From Pseudomonadota bacterium (GTDB lineage: Bacteria; Pseudomonadota; Alphaproteobacteria; Acetobacterales; Acetobacteraceae): 40,227 bases of DNA. Under the pieces are notes generated by a model, which did no database searches, was not told the DNA's origin, and saw nothing but the letters and a program-made list of their open reading frames with translations. The stretch covers positions 1 through 40,227 of the forward strand of contig JAJZVS010000001.1 of NCBI GenBank assembly GCA_021845555.1, given 5' to 3'. This document shows positions 29,446-40,227 of the stretch, piece by piece. How positions within the stretch are numbered: the stretch's first letter is position 1; the number at the start of each line of letters is the position of its first letter. A program made the translations under genes and the position numbers.

Positions 29446-29635
29446 TTGACGCGGGGTCTGCGCTGGCCGTAGCATTCTGCGTCTTTCCCCCTCTCCAGGT
29501 GGCTCCCGCCGCCGCATCCCTCTTGTTCGGACGGAACGCACGCCGGCGCAGACGCGGACCCGGAGCCGCGATTCGGCTGCGCCCCCTGCCGTCCGAGCTT
29601 CCCCTCCCCCACGACGAAACGCCGAGGCGTCCACG
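29446..29635 (+). promoter_or_regulatory. rho promoter and long C-rich 5' leader
   Basis: TTGACG-N18-TAGCAT (29446-29475), followed by ~160 nt containing pyrimidine/C-rich tracts (TCTTTCCCCCTCTCC, CTTCCCCTCCCCCAC). Confidence 0.55.
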
Positions 29636-30910
<1,275 letters not shown>

Positions 30911-30917
30911 GGCGGCG

Positions 30918-30941
30918 GCTCCCTCCCGCGCGGGAGGGAGC
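30918..30941. terminator. perfect 24-bp palindrome between convergent rho and leuD-like genes
   Basis: GCTCCCTCCCGC|GCGGGAGGGAGC. Confidence 0.6.
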
Positions 30942-30948
30942 GTCCCGC

Positions 30949-31443
30949 TCACGCCGGTGCGATCAACCCCCGCGCCTCCATCACCGGATAAAGCCCGCCG
31001 CCTCGCATCAGCGCCAGCAACTGCGCCGGCACCGGCGTAACCGCCAGCACCGCGCCGCTGCGCGGGTTGCGCACGGTCCAGGCTTCCAGCGACAATTCCG
31101 CCGAGTCGCCCTCCATGAACGCCGCCGCCACGCCAGGGCATTCGCACGCCAGCAGCCCGTAGTTCACGGCATTGCGGAAGAACAGGCCGTTGATCGTCTC
31201 GGCCAGCAGGAACCCCACGCCGCAGGCGCGCACGGACCGCGCCGCCGGGCGCGAGGATCCCATGCCGAAATTGAAGCCGGCGACGATCGCGTCCCCCTTG
31301 CCCACCTGATCGACCCAGCCCGGCCGGTTGGACTGGAACACCGCGCGCGCCTGCTCTTCCGGGCTGCGATAGAGGTACGGGCCGGGCAGGATCAGATCGG
31401 TGTTGATATTGTCGCCGAAGCACCAGACGCGGGGCGCGATCAT
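30949..31443 (-). CDS. aconitase-family (3-isopropylmalate/homoaconitate-like) dehydratase small subunit
   Basis: FGDNINTDLILPGPYL, NFGMGSSR and FFRNAVNYGL motifs; start overlaps the large-subunit stop. Confidence 0.9.
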   Translation of the reverse strand: MIAPRVWCFGDNINTDLILPGPYLYRSPEEQARAVFQSNRPGWVDQVGKGDAIVAGFNFGMGSSRPAARSVRACGVGFLLAETINGLFFRNAVNYGLLACECPGVAAAFMEGDSAELSLEAWTVRNPRSGAVLAVTPVPAQLLALMRGGGLYPVMEARGLIAPA

Positions 31444-32693
31444 GCGAACACCTCCTCGGCGCCGGCGATGTGGCCGGCCAGCGCGGACGCCGCCACCGTC
31501 GCCGGGGAGGCCATGTAGATGCGCGCGGACGGATCGCCCATGCGGCCCTTGAAGTTGCGGGTGCTGGCGGTGATGCAGACCTCGTCCGGCCCCAGCACGC
31601 CCATGTGCCCGCCGATGCAGGCGCCGCAGGTGGCCGGTGTCACTACCGCGCCCGCCTCCAGCAGCGTCTCCACGTAGCCTGCCCGCAGCGCGGCGCGAAA
31701 GACCGCCTGCGAGCCGGGCGTGACGATGAAGCGCGTGCCGCGCGCCACCTTGCGCCCGCGCACCACGCGCGCGGCGATCTCCAGATCGTCCAGCGTGCCG
31801 TTGGCGCAGGAGCCGATGAACGCCTGGTCGATCCGGGTGCCGGCCACCTCGGACACCGGCACCGACTGGTTCACCACCGCGTCCGGCAGCGCCACCAGCG
31901 GCGCCAGCGCGCCGAGGTCGATCGCGCGGCGCTCCTTGTAGGTCGCGTCCGCGTCCGGCCACACCGGGTCGAATTTCGCGGCGTTGCGGGCGCGCACGTA
32001 GTCGATCAGCGCGTCGTCGGGTTCGAAGATGGTGAACTCCGCGGACAGTTCCGCGCCCATGGTGGCGATCGTGCGGCGCGCGTTGATCGACAGGCCGGAC
32101 ATGCCCGGCCCGCCGTATTCGACGTTCTGGTTCACATGCGCCCCATAGGTGCCGGCGATGTGCAGGAACAGATCCTTCGCCGTCACGCCGGGGCGCAGCC
32201 TGCCGGTGAAATCGTAGCGAACGGTCTCGCCCACCCGGAACCAGGCGGTGCCGGTGGTGATGGCCCACAGCATGTCCGGCCCGCCGACGCCGCGGGCGGC
32301 GCAGTTGAACGCACCTCCGGCGCAGGTGTGGGAATCGCCGTTCACCAGCACGGAGCCCGGCAGCGCATAGGCGCGGTCGGCGATCACCGCGTGGCTGATA
32401 CCCTGCTCGGCGCCGACATCGTGCAGCCGTTCGATGCCGAATTTCGCCGCGAAGGCCCGCCCGGTCTGGTGGCAGGTGGCGGCCTGCACGGTGGAAGCGG
32501 GCACCAAGTGGTCGAACACGATCGCCACTTTCGACGGGTCGTGCACCTTCAGCACCTCCCGCCAGCCTTCCGGCAGGAACGACAGATCGAGCAGCACGGC
32601 GGTATCGACGTTCACCACCGCGACATCCCCCGGCGCGACGCGCGCGGCGCCGGAGGCGCGGGCGAGGATCTTCTCGGTGATGGTCATGCCCAT
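31440..32693 (-). CDS. aconitase-family dehydratase large subunit (short LeuC/HacA/DmdA type)
   Basis: MGMTITEKIL, DHLVP, GDSHTC, GSCANG, CGACIG and STRNFKGRMG; the three 4Fe-4S Cys ligands are present. Confidence 0.92.
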   Translation of the reverse strand: MGMTITEKILARASGAARVAPGDVAVVNVDTAVLLDLSFLPEGWREVLKVHDPSKVAIVFDHLVPASTVQAATCHQTGRAFAAKFGIERLHDVGAEQGISHAVIADRAYALPGSVLVNGDSHTCAGGAFNCAARGVGGPDMLWAITTGTAWFRVGETVRYDFTGRLRPGVTAKDLFLHIAGTYGAHVNQNVEYGGPGMSGLSINARRTIATMGAELSAEFTIFEPDDALIDYVRARNAAKFDPVWPDADATYKERRAIDLGALAPLVALPDAVVNQSVPVSEVAGTRIDQAFIGSCANGTLDDLEIAARVVRGRKVARGTRFIVTPGSQAVFRAALRAGYVETLLEAGAVVTPATCGACIGGHMGVLGPDEVCITASTRNFKGRMGDPSARIYMASPATVAASALAGHIAGAEEVFA

Positions 32694-32707
32694 GGCGGCG
32701 TTCCTCC

Positions 32708-34828
32708 CTATGTTGCCACCTCGATCACCGCATCTGCCGCGAAGGCCCCTTCCCCCGCCGGCATTGCGAACACTGGATTGAGATCGATCGACCCCAGCCG
32801 CGGTCCGGCGGCGACCGCGAAGGAAGACAGCCGCGCCAGCATCGACGCCAGTGCCGCCACGTCGGCCTTCGGCCGTCCGCGCGCCCCGTCCAGCAGCGGG
32901 AATCCCTTGATCGCGCGGATCATCGCCGCCGCCACATCCTCACCGAACGGACAGCGGCGGAACACGACGTCCTTCAACACCTCCACGAACACCCCGCCGA
33001 GGCCGAACATCGCCATCGGCCCGAACACCGGGTCCTGGTGGATGCCCAGGATGCACTCCACCCCGCCCTTCAGTTGTTTCGCCACCAGCACGCCCTCGAT
33101 CCGCGCCGCCGGCGCGTGCGCGCGGGCGCGTTCCAGCAAGGTGGCGACGCCGGCGCGCACCGCGCCCGCGTCGGCCACATCCAGCAGCACGCCGCCGATT
33201 TCCGATTTGTGCAGAATGTCGGGCGACAGGATCTTCAGCACCACCGGATAGCCGAAGCCCGCCGCCGCCGCGACCGCCGCGTCGGCGTCCGCGCAGGCGG
33301 CCTCCGGTGCGCAGGCGATGCCGGCCTGCGCGAGCAGCCGCTTGGCTTCGGCCTCGGACGGCGTCGCCGCGGGCAGCACTACCGGCGGCACCACCGGCGG
33401 GGCGGCCGGTGGCGGCGCCGCGAAAGCCTCCCCGAACCGGCCCATCGCCGCGATCGCGGCCACCGCGCGGGACGGGTCCTCGTGGCAGACCCAGCCGTCT
33501 GCTTCCATCGCGCGGGTCGCGGCCTCCGGCGCGATCGCCGACAGGACATAGAGTCGGTCCGGGTAGCGCGCGCGCACCTCGTTCAGCTTCTCCAGCATCG
33601 CCGGCCAGCGGCGCGACGACGCGACCATCGTGAAGAACCCCAGGATCGAACTGTAGCCACCGTCGCGGATCAGGGATTCGAAGAACGGCGTCAGCAGGTT
33701 CAGGTCGTTGCCGACCTGCGCAGTAGCATCCACCGGGTTGCGCGGCGCGCAGAACGACACGAGTTCCTTCAGCTTCGCCTGCGCGTCCTCCGGCATCGGC
33801 GGCATCGCCAGCCCGGCCTGCTCGGCGACGTCGGAAACCAGCACCCCGGCCCCGCCGGAAAGCGTGATCATCCCCAGCGTGTTGCGCGCGGGATAGATGC
33901 GCCGCGTCGCGGTCTGCGCGATGTCCAGCATTTCTTCGGACGTGCGGGCACGGACGACGCCGAATTCCGCCATCACCGCCTCGGTCACCGCATCGTCCCC
34001 GGCGATCGAGGCGGTGTGCGATTTCGCCGCCGCCGACCCCAGCGCGCTGCGGCCGACCTTCATCATCACGATCGGCTTGCGCGCGGCCCGCGCGGTTTCG
34101 AACGCGGCGATCAGGCCGGGGGCCTCGCGGATGCCCTCGATATAGGCGGCGATCACATCGACTTCGGGGTTCTCCGCCAGCCAGCCGATGCACTCGCCCA
34201 CCGTCACGTCCGCCTCGTTGCCGGTCATGATGCAGAGCGAGGCGCCGATGCCGCGGTTGCGCGCCAGCGTATAGAGATGCGTGCCATAGGCGCCCGACTG
34301 GCTCGCGATGCCGATGCGCCCCGGCACCGGCCAGCCGGAATCGAAGGACGAGGAAAACGTCGCGTAGTACCCCGTGCGCCCGTCGAACACGCCGAGGCAG
34401 TTGGGACCGAGCAACCGCATCCCGTGCGCCCGCGCCGCGGCCACCATGCGGGCCTGCTCCGCCGCGCCGGCCTCATCAACCTCGGCGAAGCCGGCGGTGA
34501 ACATGATCGCGGCCTTGGTGCCGCGGCGGCCGAGATCCTCCACCGCCTGCACCGCGAGCGCGGCGGGGACGGCGATGATGGCCGCATCGGGGGTTTCCGG
34601 GAGATCGGCGACCGAGGGGTAGGCGCGCAGCCCCTGCACTTCGGCGCGGTTCGGGTTCACCGGGTAGATCGCGCCCTGGAACTTCCCGGCCGCCTTCATG
34701 AAGGCGATCGGCCGGCCGCCGATACGCGTCGCATCGTTGGAGGCGCCGAGAATCGCGATCGAGCGCGGCGCGAGAAGCGGCGTGAGCCCGGCAAAGCGGC
34801 CAGGGCTGGTGGGCGTGCTGGACGGCAT
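32708..34828 (-). CDS. acetate--CoA ligase family (ADP-forming acyl-CoA synthetase, fused alpha/beta)
   Basis: PRSIAILGAS, GPNCLG, SQSG, SHTAS phospho-His, NPVD and ATP-grasp HKSEIGGV; ATG at 34828. Confidence 0.92.
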   Translation of the reverse strand: MPSSTPTSPGRFAGLTPLLAPRSIAILGASNDATRIGGRPIAFMKAAGKFQGAIYPVNPNRAEVQGLRAYPSVADLPETPDAAIIAVPAALAVQAVEDLGRRGTKAAIMFTAGFAEVDEAGAAEQARMVAAARAHGMRLLGPNCLGVFDGRTGYYATFSSSFDSGWPVPGRIGIASQSGAYGTHLYTLARNRGIGASLCIMTGNEADVTVGECIGWLAENPEVDVIAAYIEGIREAPGLIAAFETARAARKPIVMMKVGRSALGSAAAKSHTASIAGDDAVTEAVMAEFGVVRARTSEEMLDIAQTATRRIYPARNTLGMITLSGGAGVLVSDVAEQAGLAMPPMPEDAQAKLKELVSFCAPRNPVDATAQVGNDLNLLTPFFESLIRDGGYSSILGFFTMVASSRRWPAMLEKLNEVRARYPDRLYVLSAIAPEAATRAMEADGWVCHEDPSRAVAAIAAMGRFGEAFAAPPPAAPPVVPPVVLPAATPSEAEAKRLLAQAGIACAPEAACADADAAVAAAAGFGYPVVLKILSPDILHKSEIGGVLLDVADAGAVRAGVATLLERARAHAPAARIEGVLVAKQLKGGVECILGIHQDPVFGPMAMFGLGGVFVEVLKDVVFRRCPFGEDVAAAMIRAIKGFPLLDGARGRPKADVAALASMLARLSSFAVAAGPRLGSIDLNPVFAMPAGEGAFAADAVIEVAT

Positions 34829-34927
34829 GGATGGTTCCCCCGGTTCGGTCCGGGCTCCTGCGGTCCCGGTGGGGGGAGTGTGGGCCGGGGCGGCCTGATC
34901 CGACAAGCCGCCCCGGCCCCGCGGGGC

Positions 34928-35902
<975 letters not shown>

Positions 35903-36000
35903 GTGAAATCCCTCCCGCTGCCGGCCAGGGCCGGCCGTTGTGCCGCGATCCGCGGCAAAATCGCCCTGCGCGGGCCGAACGCCCGCAGCCGCTGCCAGCC

Positions 36001-36029
36001 TAGATGCAGGACGCTGTAGATCATCGCAA
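36001..36029 (-). promoter_or_regulatory. putative internal promoter for cysK
   Basis: Minus strand reads TTGCGA-N17-CATCTA in the cysI-cysK spacer. Confidence 0.4.
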
Positions 36030-36057
36030 GTCCGACGCTCATCGGCGTCGCCCTTCC

Positions 36058-37776
<1,719 letters not shown>

Positions 37777-37819
37777 GCGGACAGTCTTTCGCTGGAGGAG
37801 GGGGGCGCTGCGGGCCGCA

Positions 37820-39601
37820 TCAATAGACGTCCCGCTTGTAGCGCCCGTCCTGCGCCGCCGCGCGCAGCCAGGACGCCGCGCCATCGGCGTCCTGTCCGGT
37901 GGCATCGGAAACGATCCTCAGGAGGGTGGCGTGCACGTCCCGCGCCATCCCCTTCGCGTCGCCGCAGACATAGACCGCCGCGCCGTCGTCCAGCCAGCGC
38001 CACAGCGCGGCGCGCGCCTCCCACATCCGGTCCTGCACGTAGATCTTCTCCGGCTGGTCGCGCGAGAACGCGAGATCGAGCCGCCCGAGCACGCCCGAGG
38101 CCAGCCAGTCCTGGAACTCCAGCTGGTAGAGGAAATCATGCGTGAACTGGCGCGCGCCGAAGAACAGCCAGGTGTTGCCGGTGGCGCCGATCGCCTCGCG
38201 GCGTTGCAGGAAGCCGCGGAACGGCGCGACGCCGGTGCCGGGGCCGATCATCACCACCTTGCGGTCCGCATCGGCCGGCAGGCGGAAATGCGGGTTCGGT
38301 TTCACGTGCACCGAAAGCGTCTCGCCGACCCGCCGCCGGTCGGCGACATAGGTGGAAGCGACGCCCTTGCGCGCCCGCCCGTGGCTGTCCCAGCGCACCG
38401 CGCCGATCAGCAGATGCGCGTCCCCATCCACCGCCTCCGGCGCCGAGGCCACCGAATAGAGCCGCGCCGGCAGCGGGCGCAGCAGGCCGCGCAGCTGCTC
38501 GGGCGCCAGCGTCGCCGGTGCGGCGGCCAGCAGGTCGATCACCTGCCGATCGCGCGCGAAGGCCGCCGCGCGCGCCGGATCGGCCGCGAGTTCGGCCAGC
38601 GCCGCGTCCCCGGTCAGCGCCGCATAGGCGCCGATCTGCCGCGATGTCAGCGTGGTGATGTCGTGCGCCTCGCTCAGCGCCGCGTGCAGGCTCGCGTCCG
38701 CCGCAAGACCGGCGGCGGCGAGCAGTTCCTCCACCAGCGCCGGATCGTTGCGCGGCGCGATGCCGATCGCATCGCCCGGCTCATACGTCAGGCCGGAGCC
38801 GGCGAGCGACAGTTCCACATGCCATGTCTCAGTGGTGGAACGGCTGGAATTGAGCAGGATGCGCTCGGCGATCTCCGCTTCCGCCACGCGCGGCGCAGCG
38901 TCGTCCTCCGCCGCCGTGGCGGGATGGGCACGGGCGAAATCGACGCGGATCACCGCGGCGCCGTCCTCGGCCGGCGCGGGGGCGAGCGCGGCGAGCGTCG
39001 CCTCGGTCCAGGCCCGCGCGGGGGCGGCATAGTCGAGGTCGCATTCCGCCAGCGGGGCCACGCGCTGCCCGCCGAGTTCGGCCAGGCGCGCATCGATCCG
39101 CCGCCCGGTCTCGCAGAAATTCACATAGGCGCGATCGCCCAGCGCCAGCACGGCGTAGCGCACGCCGTCGAAGCGCGGTGCGTCGGCGGCCATCAGCGCC
39201 GCGTAGAACGCCTCGGCGCGCTGCGGCGGATCGCCTTCGCCCCAGGTGGAGGCGATCACCACCAGCGGGCCGGCCTCCGCTGCCTTCGCCGGAGACATCT
39301 CCGCCAGATCGACCGCCTTGGCGGCGAAGCCCAGCTTCTGCGCGGCCTTGCGCGCGGCGGCGGCGAGCGCCTCGGCATTTCCGGACTCGGTCGCGTACAG
39401 GATTGTCAGCTTCGCCTTCGCCGCCGGCGGGGCAGCCGGCGCAGCCGGCAAGGTTCGCCCGCCCGCGGCGCGGTAGCCGGCGAGATAGCCGCTCAGCCAT
39501 TGCATCTGCTCGGGCGTGGCCTCCCGCAGCAGCCGATCCAGCAGGGCAAGCTGGTCCTCGGGAAACGGGGCGGCGGCGAGCGCGGTCGGTTGGGTGGCCA
39601 T
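37820..39601 (-). CDS. cysJ: sulfite reductase flavoprotein subunit
   Basis: WLSGYLAG, flavodoxin TESGNA and STWGEG, RLYSVAS, GPGTGVAPFR, YVCGDA and RYKRDVY motifs. Confidence 0.94.
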   Translation of the reverse strand: MATQPTALAAAPFPEDQLALLDRLLREATPEQMQWLSGYLAGYRAAGGRTLPAAPAAPPAAKAKLTILYATESGNAEALAAAARKAAQKLGFAAKAVDLAEMSPAKAAEAGPLVVIASTWGEGDPPQRAEAFYAALMAADAPRFDGVRYAVLALGDRAYVNFCETGRRIDARLAELGGQRVAPLAECDLDYAAPARAWTEATLAALAPAPAEDGAAVIRVDFARAHPATAAEDDAAPRVAEAEIAERILLNSSRSTTETWHVELSLAGSGLTYEPGDAIGIAPRNDPALVEELLAAAGLAADASLHAALSEAHDITTLTSRQIGAYAALTGDAALAELAADPARAAAFARDRQVIDLLAAAPATLAPEQLRGLLRPLPARLYSVASAPEAVDGDAHLLIGAVRWDSHGRARKGVASTYVADRRRVGETLSVHVKPNPHFRLPADADRKVVMIGPGTGVAPFRGFLQRREAIGATGNTWLFFGARQFTHDFLYQLEFQDWLASGVLGRLDLAFSRDQPEKIYVQDRMWEARAALWRWLDDGAAVYVCGDAKGMARDVHATLLRIVSDATGQDADGAASWLRAAAQDGRYKRDVY

Positions 39602-39614
39602 CGGGTGCGGCTCC

Positions 39615-40227
39615 TCAGGCGGACAGGAACTGGGGGGAAGACAGCGCGGCGGGCGCCAGGGTCATCGGCGCGGCTTGCAACAGGGGTGCGAGCACTGCGC
39701 GCAGCGCCAGCGTGCGGCCGATCACCAGCAGCGTGGGCGCGTGCCGCGGCAGCGTGGCGGCGACCGCCCCGGCGGTGGCGAGGGTGGCGAGTTCCACGCG
39801 CTGGCGCGGGGTGGTCGCCTCGGCAACGAAGGCCACCGGCTCGGTCCCGGCGCGCCCGGCCGCGATCAGCGTGGCGGCGATCGCGCCGGCCTGGCGCAGC
39901 GCCATATACAGCACCAGCACCTCCGCCCCGCGCGACAGCGCCGGCAGATCGAGGTCTTGCGGCAATGCGCCGTGCGAATCATGCCCGGTCGCGAAGGCGA
40001 CGCTGCGCGCCAGCCCCCGGTGCGTCAGCGGAATGCCCGCCGTCGCGGTGCCGCCGACGCCGGCGCTGATGCCGGGGACGATGCGGAACGGGATGCCGGC
40101 GGCGACCAGCGCGAGCGCTTCCTCCCCGCCACGGCCGAACACCAGCGGGTCCCCGCCCTTCAGGCGCAGCACGCGGAGCCCCTGGCGGGCCAGCGCGATC
40201 ATCCGCTGGTTGATCCGCAACTGGTGC
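39615..40227 (-). CDS. cobA: uroporphyrinogen-III C-methyltransferase (CobA/CysG-type; 5' part outside the window)
   Basis: RLKGGDPLVFGRGGEE, PGISAG and GIPLTHRG motifs; adjacent to cysJI. Confidence 0.9.
   Translation of the reverse strand, partial: HQLRINQRMIALARQGLRVLRLKGGDPLVFGRGGEEALALVAAGIPFRIVPGISAGVGGTATAGIPLTHRGLARSVAFATGHDSHGALPQDLDLPALSRGAEVLVLYMALRQAGAIAATLIAAGRAGTEPVAFVAEATTPRQRVELATLATAGAVAATLPRHAPTLLVIGRTLALRAVLAPLLQAAPMTLAPAALSSPQFLSA

Overview
About 40 kb of GC-rich chromosomal DNA, most likely from an Alphaproteobacterium of the Rhodospirillales/Acetobacteraceae type (inferred from gene content and protein style). Core genes: dapB, metK, trmB, nadE, ald, the kdsD-lptC-lptA-lptB-rpoN-hpf operon, hemB, thrS, infC, rho, and cobA/cysG-cysJ-cysI-cysK. 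Interspersed accessory metabolic genes: a luciferase-like monooxygenase with two hydrolases, a TauD dioxygenase with a CMD protein, an orphan Tat-exported solute-binding protein, a ketopantoate-reductase-like enzyme, a thioesterase, two MFS transporters, a cytochrome b, a GST, and an acyl-CoA ligase with a divergent LeuC/LeuD-like dehydratase. There is also a toxin-antitoxin module whose BrnT-like toxin is doubly frameshifted. I saw no rRNA, tRNA, CRISPR array, transposase or phage genes. The most unusual non-gene signals are: (i) a ~115-nt palindrome at 16633-16747 centred on a sharp local C-rich to G-rich strand-skew switch that appears to have altered the flanking protein tails; (ii) two related ~50-bp ATACC...GGTAT palindromes with compensatory changes at 5555-5711; (iii) a 73-nt hairpin in a divergent promoter region; (iv) several probable non-canonical start codons (infC ATA, kdsD ATC, trmB GTA); and (v) a sigma54-like box upstream of the operon that encodes sigma54. 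All calls come from motif recognition and hand counting; no searches were run.
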